Source: an uncultured delta proteobacterium
GTDB lineage: Bacteria > Desulfobacterota > Binatia > UBA9968
Assembly: GCA_963728565.1 (NCBI GenBank)
Contig: CAVSLC010000018.1
Span: 64,001 to 128,000, forward strand
Reading direction: 5' to 3'
DNA: 64,000 nucleotides
Below are positions 1 through 9,765 of the stretch, piece by piece. The translations under genes were made by a program, and so were the position numbers. A model generated the notes under the pieces. It did no database searches and had not been told where the DNA came from. It worked only from the letters and a program-made list of their open reading frames with translations. Every line of letters begins with the position of its first letter. Position 1 is the stretch's first letter.

Positions 1-213
1 TTCGTCAAGATCTTCACCGAATTGATCCAGCTCTTCCTTCGAGAAAAAAACCGGCAGTAATTGGTCGGAGCCCTTACCGATTTGGCGGCGGATCTGATGA
101 AATGGAAAAGTCTTGCCGAACTTTTCGAAAGCAACTCTCCACGCTTCGGCATGCAGATCGACCGAATCAACGATTGTGCCATCGACATCAAATATCACGG
201 CTTGCAACATCAT
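1..213 (-). CDS. HAD-family hydrolase, N-terminal part (runs off window edge)
   Basis: Hand translation of the minus strand: (M)MLQAVIFDVDGTIVDSVDLHAEAWRVAFEKFG...IRRQIGKGSDQLLP; HAD motif I DxDGT. Not in the ORF track. Confidence 0.88.
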   Translation of the reverse strand, partial: MMLQAVIFDVDGTIVDSVDLHAEAWRVAFEKFGKTFPFHQIRRQIGKGSDQLLPVFFSKEELDQFGEDLDE

Positions 214-308
214 TTTTTTCAACTACGGTATGTGGTCCCGATGAGACACTTGCCTTCCACTTTGTGCCAGGAACGAAACAGGGAGCATAGCGAGTTGCAG
301 CATTGAGA

Positions 309-343
309 CAGACGAAGCAGCAAATATTCGGCTGCTTCGTCTG
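309..343. terminator. 13-bp stem hairpin just downstream of the small peptide gene
   Basis: CAGACGAAGCAGC (309-321) pairs perfectly with GCTGCTTCGTCTG (331-343); no clear U-tract. Confidence 0.5.
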
Positions 344-359
344 CCGAGCGTCCTTCAGG

Positions 360-437
360 TCAGCGCAATCCTAAATAGCCCAAGATAAACAGCACTACGA
401 CGATGACGCCGATGATATAGAAAATATTTCCAGGCAT
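360..437 (-). CDS. 25-aa single-pass membrane peptide MPGNIFYIIGVIVVVLFILGYLGLR
   Basis: ATG...TGA in frame; RBS AAGGAGG just upstream; one hydrophobic helix; upstream sigma-54 motif and downstream hairpin. Confidence 0.75.
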   Translation of the reverse strand: MPGNIFYIIGVIVVVLFILGYLGLR

Positions 438-554
438 GACGATCCTCCTTAGTAGTTGATTTTCCTGAACCCACTCCAGAGTTTTCCAAACTCTGCAGGC
501 GAACGCAGGCAAAATAGTTGCGACAGATCCGAGACTACAAACGTGAACTGTTTG

Positions 555-570
555 AGCAATTGATATGCCA
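555..570 (-). promoter_or_regulatory. sigma-54 -24/-12 promoter
   Basis: Minus strand TGGCAT-ATCAA-TTGCT, canonical spacing. Confidence 0.7.
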
Positions 571-671
571 CGAGCGAAAATACTATTCGCGATCTGAGCT
601 GCATCGAGGCGAGTTCGCGATTAGACTGAAACCTGGAGTACCGCGTCTTTAGTTAAAAATAGCGCACGAAG

Positions 672-2618
672 TCAACTTTGATCGACGTTAGCGAGACTGA
701 TGGCCTGCTTCGAGGCTGAACTCCATTCGGCAATCACAAGCGCGACCCCGAGAAGAATGCCGGCGGCATTCGCTCCGAGCCAAAGGGAAGTGGACGCGGA
801 TGGAATCAGCAACAGCCCGGCCGCAATCATCAGCGCGCGTTTTATCCAGCCCAGCCGCTGGAAGAGATAACCCGCCACGCCGACGCTTAGGAAAATGACT
901 CCGATGATCGCCGTGATGATCGCTGCGCCGACTTCTACTGGCGTACCTTTGAAGAGCAACGCCGGATGAAAGACAAAAACAAAGGGAACGATATAAGCGA
1001 CGATGCCCAGTCTCATGCCGGTCCAGCCGGATTTCCAAAAGTCGGCGCGCGCAATCGATGCCGCCGCGTAAGTCGCGATGCAGTCGGGCGGAGTAATCAG
1101 CGACAGCATCCCGAAGTAGAAGAAAAACAGGTGCGCGGCCAGCGGAGGGATGCCGACTTGTACAAGCGCCGGGCCGACCAGCACCGCAAGCATGATGTAG
1201 ACCACCGTCGTCGGCAGCGACATCCCGAGAACGATCGATACTACAGCCGTGAGAATCAAAAGAATCATCGTACTACCGCCGGCCGTGTTGACCAGCAGCA
1301 GCGCGAGCTTGAAGGTCAGACCGGAAAGTTGGAAGGCGCCGATGACCAAGCCCGCCAGCGCGGTCACCACGGCGATGTCCAAAAGTATTTTGCCGGTTTC
1401 TTCGATGCTGACGAGAATGCTCTTGAAGGTCGGCCGCGTTTCCTTTTGCAGCGCGCCGACGAGAAACGTCGCGATTACGGCCGCCATGCCGGCTTTGCCC
1501 GGCTCCCAAAAAGCGAACATGAGAGTGTAAACCAGCACAGCGAGCGGAACCAGAAAGACCCAACCTCGTTTGATCACGTCCCGGAGCCTGGGAATTTCGC
1601 TTTCCGGCATGCCGACGAGCCCCAGTTTAGCGGCTTCGAGATCGATCTGGGTGAACAGGGCGACATAGTAGAGACAGGCGGGGATGGCCGCGGCAAGGGC
1701 AACTTCGCCGTAAGATATGTTGAGGAACTCGGCCATGAGAAACGCCGCCACACCCATCACCGGCGGCATGATCTGGCCGCCGTTGGACGCCACCGCTTCA
1801 ATCGCTGCGGCAACATGCGGCGGATAACCGCTCTTTTTCATCATCGGGATGGTGATGGCGCCATCGACGACGACGTTCGCCACGGCGCTGCCGGACACTG
1901 TGCCGAAGAGAGTCGAGGAGACAACGGCAACTTTAGCAGTTCCGCCGCGAAAACGGCCCATGAGCACCAAAGCAATATCGGTAAGAAACTTATCGCCGCC
2001 GACCGCATACAGCGCTTGACCGAAAAAGATGAAAGCGACGATTACGCTGGCCGCCACATCCAACGGCAAGCCGAAGATGCCACTCGAATCTAAGTAAAGG
2101 TAACTGACGAGGCGTTGCCAGCTCGAGCCATTGGCGTTCAATATGCCGGGGAAGAGATAGGCGAATTTGGCGTAGAGAATAATCGGCACGGTGATCCACA
2201 CCAGCGCCCAGCCGACGACCCGGCGTGTCGCTTCGAGAATTAAAAGAATTGCCGTGCCGCCCAGTATCCAGCGCTCCGGCGAGAGAACTCCCAAGCGGTA
2301 CGCGATGACCGGGTACATGACTGTGACATACCCACCCACGGTCAAACCGGCGCTCGCCAGGACCCAGTCGTGCCAGGGGATCACATTGTCAGGATCGGAC
2401 GTGCGCGCTTTGACGTTGATAAAAATGCTCGCGAGCACGAGGGCGAAGAAGAGCCCGAGATATTGTTCCTTAAAAAATGTCCACGAGAATGTGTCGTGAA
2501 TCTCGAGCGCCCAGAGCGCGCCCAAAAGGGTCAGGGCACAAAGCAGCAGCCGCGCCAACTTCGCCGGCGCTCCGGTGAGAGACCTGAATCTGGTTGTCGG
2601 CGCGAGGTCGTCACTCAT
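672..2618 (-). CDS. TRAP transporter fused 4TM/12TM permease (TAXI type)
   Basis: 648 aa polytopic; GTVSGSAVANV, EAVASNGGQIMPPVMG and ITPP motifs; next to a TAXI binding protein. Confidence 0.92.
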   Translation of the reverse strand: MSDDLAPTTRFRSLTGAPAKLARLLLCALTLLGALWALEIHDTFSWTFFKEQYLGLFFALVLASIFINVKARTSDPDNVIPWHDWVLASAGLTVGGYVTVMYPVIAYRLGVLSPERWILGGTAILLILEATRRVVGWALVWITVPIILYAKFAYLFPGILNANGSSWQRLVSYLYLDSSGIFGLPLDVAASVIVAFIFFGQALYAVGGDKFLTDIALVLMGRFRGGTAKVAVVSSTLFGTVSGSAVANVVVDGAITIPMMKKSGYPPHVAAAIEAVASNGGQIMPPVMGVAAFLMAEFLNISYGEVALAAAIPACLYYVALFTQIDLEAAKLGLVGMPESEIPRLRDVIKRGWVFLVPLAVLVYTLMFAFWEPGKAGMAAVIATFLVGALQKETRPTFKSILVSIEETGKILLDIAVVTALAGLVIGAFQLSGLTFKLALLLVNTAGGSTMILLILTAVVSIVLGMSLPTTVVYIMLAVLVGPALVQVGIPPLAAHLFFFYFGMLSLITPPDCIATYAAASIARADFWKSGWTGMRLGIVAYIVPFVFVFHPALLFKGTPVEVGAAIITAIIGVIFLSVGVAGYLFQRLGWIKRALMIAAGLLLIPSASTSLWLGANAAGILLGVALVIAEWSSASKQAISLANVDQS

Positions 2619-2850
2619 TTGGATCGCTTAAACCGGATTGCGCAATCAAAAGTAATCCAGTGATCGAGCGGTGAGCCCTCCGGAGCAAAGGCACAGACGC
2701 GGGGACTTTCTGCGCCTGGGCCGGCGCCGATACAAGCAAAAACGTCGCGATGCCGACAGCCATGAAAAAATCGCGAATGTCACCTCCCGTACCCACAAAA
2801 TTCCTTGCGTTGTTGTTTTAGGATCCTCAGTTTGCCGAACTGCGAACTTT

Positions 2851-3888
2851 TTAGTTTAGAGACAGCAGCTTTTTCTGCACCTCATCCATTTTCGCCGGCC
2901 ATGCGTCGTTCTCTTTGAAGAAGCGAATCGCGGCCGGGTGATACGGCATGGTGACTTCCGCGTCGACCGCCCGCGTCTTGGTCCACTCCGCGAAACCGGG
3001 ATGAAACTGCGGAAGCTTTTCGACGTTGACCCAGATTGCTTGCAGGGCGGAGCGCACGAAGACGTCGGGCAGCGCCTTGTGACCGACAAGGTAAATGTCG
3101 TACGTGTAAGCGCAAGTGTCTTCGACGATGCCGGTTGAGGAACCCGCTTTGACGACGGAGAGATAATACCCCGGCACAGCTTTTTTGATCCGCTCTTCGC
3201 CTTGCCTGGAGCAGTCGAGCGGAATATAACGGATTCCCACGGAAGCGTCCGCCTCCCGTACTTTCGCGGAGCCAATGGCATGGGTGGTCACGTCGGCGCG
3301 TCCCTGAACGAGAGCGTCGACGCCTTCGTTCACCGCCGGAACCGGGACCACCTTCACATCCTTCCATGTCAAACCCGCGTTGGCGAGTGAACCGAACACA
3401 TTGTACCAGACGGCAAGCTGCGCCGGATATTCACCGGTCACCCGTCTACCTTTGACTTCACGAATGGTCTTTATCGGCGAGTCCTTTTTGACGATCAAGC
3501 TGCTGCGCAACGGCGAGCCTCGCATGATCAGCCGAGAATTGGGCGTGTGCGGGAACGGATTTCTGCCGCCGATCTGCAAACGCTTCGGTCCCTGGTAGGC
3601 GAGACCCATGTCGACCGCGTTGACGACGCCTAGGTCCAGTTCACCGGAATCGAGCAAGGGTAAAAATGTACTGGTGCCGGAGTAGGGCTGAACTTGGGTT
3701 TGAACGCTGGTTGAATCGCTGATCACCTTGGCTAGGCCGCTAGCCAACGCATAAAACAGCGACCCTGGCGGGTTGGAACCGATGGCTGCGGATTTAGGAA
3801 GCTGTTGGGCGTTCGCTACGCCACCGAGAAGCACGAGCGCTAATAACGTGGTCATTAAGAACCGATATAGATTCAGTTGGGCATTCAT
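2851..3888 (-). CDS. TAXI-family TRAP solute-binding protein
   Basis: Signal peptide, GSNPPGSLFY start and C-terminal MPYHPAA; start moved to ATG 3888 behind RBS GAAGGAGG. Confidence 0.88.
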   Translation of the reverse strand: MNAQLNLYRFLMTTLLALVLLGGVANAQQLPKSAAIGSNPPGSLFYALASGLAKVISDSTSVQTQVQPYSGTSTFLPLLDSGELDLGVVNAVDMGLAYQGPKRLQIGGRNPFPHTPNSRLIMRGSPLRSSLIVKKDSPIKTIREVKGRRVTGEYPAQLAVWYNVFGSLANAGLTWKDVKVVPVPAVNEGVDALVQGRADVTTHAIGSAKVREADASVGIRYIPLDCSRQGEERIKKAVPGYYLSVVKAGSSTGIVEDTCAYTYDIYLVGHKALPDVFVRSALQAIWVNVEKLPQFHPGFAEWTKTRAVDAEVTMPYHPAAIRFFKENDAWPAKMDEVQKKLLSLN

Positions 3889-3998
3889 CGCCAATAATCC
3901 TCCTTCGCTGCCGCTAATCCGACTGGAGCGTTTTGCCATGCCGGATAAAATTTCACATCAGCATTTCTTGTGTTCCGCCAGCGAATTTATTTGCCGCC

Positions 3999-5024
3999 TT
4001 ATTTCGCTTCGGGGATCTCCACCTTGCCCATGCGCTTGATGGCGTCGGCGAGCATCTTGGCATCCTTGTCCCAGAATTTTTGAAACTCGGGCGCATCAAG
4101 ATAGGCGATGGGCGTCTCTAATTTTTCCATGGCCGATTTGAACTCGGTTGTGTTCACCGCCTGCTTAACGGTATCGCGAATTGTTTTCATCACGGCAGCC
4201 GGCGTTCCTCTTGGGGCAAACAGTCCGGCCCAGATGTAAAATTCGACATCATATCCAAGCTCCTTGAAAGTCGGCACATCAGGAAGGGAATCGACCCTCT
4301 TCGCGCCCCATCCGGCCAGCGGTCGCAGCTTGCCTGCCTTGATGTGTGGGATCACCACTGCCGGACCTGAGGCGAGGGTGTCGACATGTCCTCCGAGAAT
4401 CGCCGTGAGCGCCGGCCCCGCTCCGGCATAAGGAACGTGCTTCAATTTGATGCCCGCGGAATGAGAGAGCATCTCCATCGCCATGTGCAGCGTCCCGTAC
4501 ACACCAGAGGAAGAGAAAGAAATATCCGCCGGCCGTTTTTTGGCATCTTCGATAAATTCTTTAACGTCTTTCCACGGTCGACTCGCGCTCACGACGAAAA
4601 TCGTCGGATCAGCGGAAATCAACGCAATCGGAATGAGCTGGTCCATGGTATAAGCGGGTTTGCGGTCGAAGAGCTTATCCGCCTCTGGAATGATGGAAAT
4701 GCTGGAGAGAGCCATGAGCAGGTTGTATCCGTCAGGCTTGCTATTGCCGACGAAAGACATTCCGACAGCGCCAGCCGCTCCAGTCTTGTTCACGACCACC
4801 ACCGGGGTTTTCAAAACCTTCTCCATCGCGGCGGCAACCGGCCGAGCCGTCAGATCGGCAACCCCCCCGGGAGGGAATGGAGCTACGATGGTGATCGGAC
4901 GGTTCGGGTATTTCTCCTGGCTCGGCGATTCAACCGTCAGAGCGAAGAACTGAACCACCAAAACTGACAGAAAGTGAACCCAGCGCGACCGCGGCAGAAT
5001 AGCTGGACTATGGTTGTTTGTCAT
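3999..5024 (-). CDS. tctC: Tripartite tricarboxylate transporter substrate-binding protein (Bug/TctC)
   Basis: YPNRPITIVAPFPPGGVAD, VVNKTGAAG, HVPYAGAG, PDVPTFKELG motifs. Confidence 0.93.
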   Translation of the reverse strand: MTNNHSPAILPRSRWVHFLSVLVVQFFALTVESPSQEKYPNRPITIVAPFPPGGVADLTARPVAAAMEKVLKTPVVVVNKTGAAGAVGMSFVGNSKPDGYNLLMALSSISIIPEADKLFDRKPAYTMDQLIPIALISADPTIFVVSASRPWKDVKEFIEDAKKRPADISFSSSGVYGTLHMAMEMLSHSAGIKLKHVPYAGAGPALTAILGGHVDTLASGPAVVIPHIKAGKLRPLAGWGAKRVDSLPDVPTFKELGYDVEFYIWAGLFAPRGTPAAVMKTIRDTVKQAVNTTEFKSAMEKLETPIAYLDAPEFQKFWDKDAKMLADAIKRMGKVEIPEAK

Positions 5025-5047
5025 TGTTCACCTCCCAGAGACGATAT

Positions 5048-6586
5048 TCAGGTGCTGTCCTTTGCCGCTAATCCAAGCCGCTGGCGCCAATCCAGCCGCT
5101 TCATAAGAAACGGACGGGCGGCTAATAAGAGCAGCGACAGTCCAACGATAAGCATCACCAAGGCAATCGGCCGCTTAAGAAAGATAGCGTAGCTGCCAGA
5201 CGACATCGCCAGCGACTGACGAAAGCTCATCTCCATCAGCGGCGCCAGGATAAGTCCCAATACTACCGGCGCGGTGTCGAAGTCAAATTTGCGCAACATG
5301 TAACCGAGCGCGCCCATCACTGTCATGATCCCGATATCGACGACGCTGCCATTGACCGCATAGACACCGATAAGACAAAAAATGAGAATTGCCGGATACA
5401 GAAGCGGATATGGAATTCTTAAAACACTGACAAAAATCCCGACCAGCGGCAGATTCAAGATCAAGAGCACTAAATTGCCAACGTACATGCTGGCGATGAA
5501 ACCCCAGAAGAGCTCCGGTTGCTGGGCGATCAAAAGAGGACCCGGCGAAATACCATGCACCATCATCGCGGCAATCATCACGGCCGGGATCGGCCCGGAA
5601 GGCACACCCAAGGCGAGCATCGGAACGAAGGCTCCTGATGTCGCCGCATTGTTGGCCGATTCCGGTCCGGCTACTCCCTCGATGGCGCCATGACCGAAGC
5701 GCTCAGGATGTTTGGAAAGGCGCCGCTCCATCGCGTACGAGACGAACGAGGCGATAATGTGCGCCGAGCCCGGTATGATGCCGATCAAAAAACCCAAGAC
5801 GGTCCCTCTACCAAGCGGCCAGAATGAATCGCGCCATTCGGCGCGCGAGGGGAGAAGCTCACGCAGCCGGGGCTGCTTCACTCGGGGCGTGGACGGTTGT
5901 CCTGCGGTCAGCAAAATTTCTGAGATGCCAAACAGCCCGACTGCGACTGGAACAACCCCGATGCCGTCACCCAGCTCGATCAATCCATAGCTAAAACGAA
6001 TGAATCCGGTCATCGGATCGATGCCGATCATGCCGAGAAGCAACCCCAAGGTTGCCATAGCCAGCGACTTGAGCATGGAGCCGCCGCTCATGTATGCCAA
6101 AGCCAAGAGGCCGAGAAGTAGAAGGGCGAAATATTCCGGCGGTCCGAAGCGGAGCGCAAAGCTCGCTAAAGGCGGCGCCAAAAGCATGAGACCGACGATG
6201 CTGGCGGTACCGGCTATATAGGAAGCCACCGCAGCAATGGCCAAAGCGGCGCCGGCCCGGCCTTTGCGCGTCATCTCATAACCGTCGATACAGGTCATGA
6301 CCGACGCTGCTTCACCCGGGATGCGCATCAGTATCGAAGTGGTGGATCCACCGTACATGGCTCCGTAGTAGATCCCCGCCAGAAGCACTATCGCGGAAGT
6401 GGCATCGAGACCGAACGATACAGGCAGGAGCAAACTGATTCCGGCAAGCGGACCCACGCCCGGCAAGACGCCTACGAGCGTTCCAATGACGCAGCCGACA
6501 AAGGCGTAGAATAGGACGTTGGGCGCAAGCGCGACTGAAAAGCCGACATAAAGGTTATGCAGAGTTTCAGTCATGGACGTTATCAA
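5048..6586 (-). CDS. tctA: Tripartite tricarboxylate transporter large permease
   Basis: GTLVGVLPG, YYGAMYGGS, PGEAAS, GVAGPESANNA motifs. Confidence 0.95.
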   Translation of the reverse strand: MITSMTETLHNLYVGFSVALAPNVLFYAFVGCVIGTLVGVLPGVGPLAGISLLLPVSFGLDATSAIVLLAGIYYGAMYGGSTTSILMRIPGEAASVMTCIDGYEMTRKGRAGAALAIAAVASYIAGTASIVGLMLLAPPLASFALRFGPPEYFALLLLGLLALAYMSGGSMLKSLAMATLGLLLGMIGIDPMTGFIRFSYGLIELGDGIGVVPVAVGLFGISEILLTAGQPSTPRVKQPRLRELLPSRAEWRDSFWPLGRGTVLGFLIGIIPGSAHIIASFVSYAMERRLSKHPERFGHGAIEGVAGPESANNAATSGAFVPMLALGVPSGPIPAVMIAAMMVHGISPGPLLIAQQPELFWGFIASMYVGNLVLLILNLPLVGIFVSVLRIPYPLLYPAILIFCLIGVYAVNGSVVDIGIMTVMGALGYMLRKFDFDTAPVVLGLILAPLMEMSFRQSLAMSSGSYAIFLKRPIALVMLIVGLSLLLLAARPFLMKRLDWRQRLGLAAKDST

Positions 6587-6857
6587 CTCACTTCACCAGT
6601 CTCTATCTGGCGGCTTGAAGAAGTTGAACCTGGAGGCCTCACTTCGAAGTGACACTGCGATCGAAGGCATTTTGGAGCAAACGCGACACCTCTTCGAGCG
6701 ATCGCGGCCTGCGACTGTGCAAAAATATCGTCGCTCCACGGTCAAGCACCACGAACCGTATTGGATTGTTTCCCTTCAGGCTCCCCTCGATGGTGTAAGT
6801 ATTTCTTTTTCTCCTGCGGAATTCGAGTTTGAATCGTCACGCAAGGTGAACTCCCCT

Positions 6858-7298
6858 TCAGAATCCGAATGGCCCTTGAGGCAGAGGCACCCGCAGGACG
6901 GTATAGAAAAGGAAGAAGGAACCGAAAGACAACGTAAAGGCAAAAGATAAAGACACTATCCAACTGCGCTGCTCCAGTAGTTTAACCAGAAAGCCCAACA
7001 CGAGCAGCACAGTGAGGCGGTAACCAAGACGCTCAATGGCGAAAACGGAGAAGAGGGATGCCGCCAAAATCGCCACGGCATGACGCCACTCGGTCCAGGT
7101 AATGGATGATAATGACGGAGCGCGATTGCTGGTGAGCACAAGGAATACCGCGAACATCAGAAGTAGCAAAGCCAGCAGTATCGGAACGAAGGCGGGGCCG
7201 GGTTGGCGTAACGTTCCGAGCGGAAGCTGACGGCTCTCCCATATTACTAGAAGAGCGAAAATGATAAGGGCGATTGCCGAGGCCCGGTCGGTTGTCAT
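6858..7298 (-). CDS. tctB: Tripartite tricarboxylate transporter small subunit
   Basis: 146 aa, 4 TM, PGPAFVP and C-terminal LRVPLPQG; upstream of tctA. Confidence 0.88.
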   Translation of the reverse strand: MTTDRASAIALIIFALLVIWESRQLPLGTLRQPGPAFVPILLALLLLMFAVFLVLTSNRAPSLSSITWTEWRHAVAILAASLFSVFAIERLGYRLTVLLVLGFLVKLLEQRSWIVSLSFAFTLSFGSFFLFYTVLRVPLPQGPFGF

Positions 7299-7341
7299 AG
7301 CGGCGCGATCTTAACCAGCCGACTACGGTACGAAATTCCGT

Positions 7342-8496
7342 CTACCTTCCCCACAAATGTTTTGTCGCGATGCGCGCGCCTTCGGCCATCGCTTCGAATT
7401 TCGCCCACGCAATCTGCGCATCGCCGACGCGAGGCCCGAGGCCGCAGTCGGTGCCCGCCATCACGTTCTCACGACCAACAATCCTGGCATAACGCATCAA
7501 GCGTTCGGCGATCACTTCCGGGTGCTCGACGATATCGGTGGCATGGCCAACTACGCCGGGCACGATGACTTTGCCCTGCGGAAATTTCACATCCTCCCAC
7601 ACGCGCCACTCGTGCTCGTGGCGTGGGTTGGACGCCTCGATTGAGTAGGTGTTGGCGTTGACTTTAAGAATGATGTCGACGATATCCCGCAGCGGAATAT
7701 CGAACTTGTGCGGGCCATGATAACTGCCCCAGCAGGTATGGAAACGAACTTTCTCCGGCGGGATATCTCTCAAGCCGTGATTGAGCGCATCGACGCGCAG
7801 TTCGGCGTAACGGCGATATTCCGGCACCGACATTTGCGACATGAACTGCCAGCCGTCGGGCAGATCCGGATCGTCGATTTGCAGCAAAAATCCGGCATCG
7901 ACAATTGCCTTGTACTCCTCGTGCATCGCATCGGCGATAGCGGCCAGATACGATTCATCGTCGGGATAATAGTCGTTCTTCATCCAGTGCTCGATGGTGC
8001 CGGGCGCGATCGCCGGAAGAAAAGCTTCTTCGAAGGATTGTCCTTGCAGGCCCGTTTTGAAGTCCTCGATCTCGGCTTGAAGCGAGGCATGACCGACGTA
8101 TTTCAGCGGGCCATTGCAGAAGACTCTCTTGACGTTTTCGCCGCGAATGCCGCCCATGCGCCTGCGGAAATAATCGCCGAACTCGACCATGTCCCGAGCG
8201 AAGATCGAAGAAACGTGATCTTCCGGTTTCGCTTCACGCTCGATGAAGCCGCTCAGGCGCTCCCGGGCGTAGCGCGAAAAGTTGGACTTGCCGAGTTCGC
8301 CATCGTTGATGATATCGAGGCCGCAAGCCAACTGTTTCTTAATCACTTCGGCGACCGATTGGCGCACCCGCTGAGCGAAAGCGGCCTCATCGATGAGCTG
8401 GCCGCTGATTTTTGCTGTGTGCATCTGCTTGAGATCGTCGGGTTGGGGCAAGGCTCCGGCGTGGGTGGTCAGTATTCGGTCAGTGCTGAATTTCAT
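7342..8496 (-). CDS. Cobalamin-independent methionine synthase II (MetE C-terminal-like) family protein
   Basis: RILTTHAGALP, DGE, LQIDDP, Zn-ligand motifs FHTCWG and GTDCG. Confidence 0.9.
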   Translation of the reverse strand: MKFSTDRILTTHAGALPQPDDLKQMHTAKISGQLIDEAAFAQRVRQSVAEVIKKQLACGLDIINDGELGKSNFSRYARERLSGFIEREAKPEDHVSSIFARDMVEFGDYFRRRMGGIRGENVKRVFCNGPLKYVGHASLQAEIEDFKTGLQGQSFEEAFLPAIAPGTIEHWMKNDYYPDDESYLAAIADAMHEEYKAIVDAGFLLQIDDPDLPDGWQFMSQMSVPEYRRYAELRVDALNHGLRDIPPEKVRFHTCWGSYHGPHKFDIPLRDIVDIILKVNANTYSIEASNPRHEHEWRVWEDVKFPQGKVIVPGVVGHATDIVEHPEVIAERLMRYARIVGRENVMAGTDCGLGPRVGDAQIAWAKFEAMAEGARIATKHLWGR

Positions 8497-8579
8497 TATT
8501 CCTCCGAATGATCATTCAGGCCGTTCAAAATGTTGAAGTGGTTCAATCCGTCAGAAGTTATATTTTTGTCTGCGTTCCC

Positions 8580-9587
8580 CTACTTCATCGAATCCGCAAC
8601 TTTCTCAGCGAAGCTGAAGTCAAAGACACGCTCCGGTAGGACCGGATCTTTGGGTTTGACCCGTTGCGCCGCGGTGGCGATCATGTCGCGCTGCAATTTA
8701 TCGTCGACCGCTCCCGACTGGAGATAGAACTGCAAAGCGGTGTCATAAACTCGATCGGCGTACTTGTCGCGTTCTTTTCCTAGGTCAAGAAACGGCCCCT
8801 TGATAAAGTCGACGGCGAATTTCTTATCATTGCGGATCAAGCGCAAGGCCTTCTGTGTTGCGCGAATGACTCTCGTGACAACCTCCGGGCGTTCGCTGAT
8901 GACCGTCTTTGTAGTGGTCAGACCGCCTTGAACGGCCCGGTAAACATCGGCGCCCGAAGCGATCTTCCGATAGCCTTCTTCTTGAGCGATGAGATTCTGA
9001 GGCACTTGCAGCATGGTCGCATCGATGGTGCCGGCCTTTAGGGCGACGTACGTGACATCGCTCGTGCCCAGTGGGAGCATGGTGACCTGGTCCAGCGGGA
9101 TCTTGTTTGCCAGCAGAATCTGCCGGGCAAGGATTTCCGTGAGCGAGCCGGGCGCGGAAATGCCGAGTTTCTTGCCGCGCATCTGCTGCAGGTTGGTGAT
9201 GTTCGACTGCGCGATCATATCGAAGGAGGGCTTGTCTGTCAGAGCGAACACCACCCGCACATCGGCTCCATTTACCGCGGCGCTGATGGCGGTGCCGGTT
9301 GCGGTGCCAAAATCGACGCCGCCGGCAAGCATTGCCTGCACCGTCTGGATCGCCTTCATGAAGATAAACTCCACGTCCAAACCCTCCTCGCGGAAAAAAC
9401 CGCGATCGCGGGCGATGACATAGGGCATATCCAAGATGCTGCGCGAAACGTAAGCGATGCGAACCGGCGTGAGTTTGCCGGTTTTTTCAGCACACCATGC
9501 GAATTCGGTTGCGCCCAGGAGAAGTGTCGATAGCACCAGAAGCCGGAGAGCCGTCGGGATCATCTTGATCATGAAAACCACCTCCAA
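8580..9587 (-). CDS. NMT1/SsuA-like ABC substrate-binding protein
   Basis: Signal peptide, RGFFREEGLDVE, RGKKLGIS, C-terminal VFDFSF; true start may be ~9572. Confidence 0.85.
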   Translation of the reverse strand: MEVVFMIKMIPTALRLLVLSTLLLGATEFAWCAEKTGKLTPVRIAYVSRSILDMPYVIARDRGFFREEGLDVEFIFMKAIQTVQAMLAGGVDFGTATGTAISAAVNGADVRVVFALTDKPSFDMIAQSNITNLQQMRGKKLGISAPGSLTEILARQILLANKIPLDQVTMLPLGTSDVTYVALKAGTIDATMLQVPQNLIAQEEGYRKIASGADVYRAVQGGLTTTKTVISERPEVVTRVIRATQKALRLIRNDKKFAVDFIKGPFLDLGKERDKYADRVYDTALQFYLQSGAVDDKLQRDMIATAAQRVKPKDPVLPERVFDFSFAEKVADSMK

Positions 9588-9630
9588 ACCGCTATCGACG
9601 TATTGACCCTTCAGCTAGTGTCCTCGAAAT

Positions 9631-9756
9631 GCAGGCTGCAAAAAAGGCCTCAGAGACAAGGCGCGCGAAGTTCGATGAGCTGAGGCGTACACTTCAGTAC
9701 GTTGAAGCGAATCGGGCGAGCGCAACGAAGTATATGAGGCCTTTTTTGCAGCCTGC
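9631..9756. mobile_element. 126-bp MITE-like element with perfect 22-bp terminal inverted repeats
   Basis: GCAGGCTGCAAAAAAGGCCTCA (9631-9652) and TGAGGCCTTTTTTGCAGCCTGC (9735-9756); internal CGTAC...GTACG dyad; intergenic. Confidence 0.7.
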
Positions 9757-9765
9757 TCGCGTGTC

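Noticed and set aside
252-270. TGGCAC upstream of the HAD gene as a sigma-54 promoter
   Set aside because: No TTGC at the -12 position
61-306. Plus-strand ORFs of 81 and 62 aa
   Set aside because: Antisense shadows of the HAD hydrolase on the minus strand
966-2093. 375-aa plus-strand ORF and similar long antisense ORFs (7708-8511, 13927-14853)
   Set aside because: Opposite well-supported genes, no motifs; expected in GC-rich DNA
6587-6857. Unusually long tctB-tctA spacer with short ORFs
   Set aside because: No recognisable protein, repeat or RNA motif could be supported
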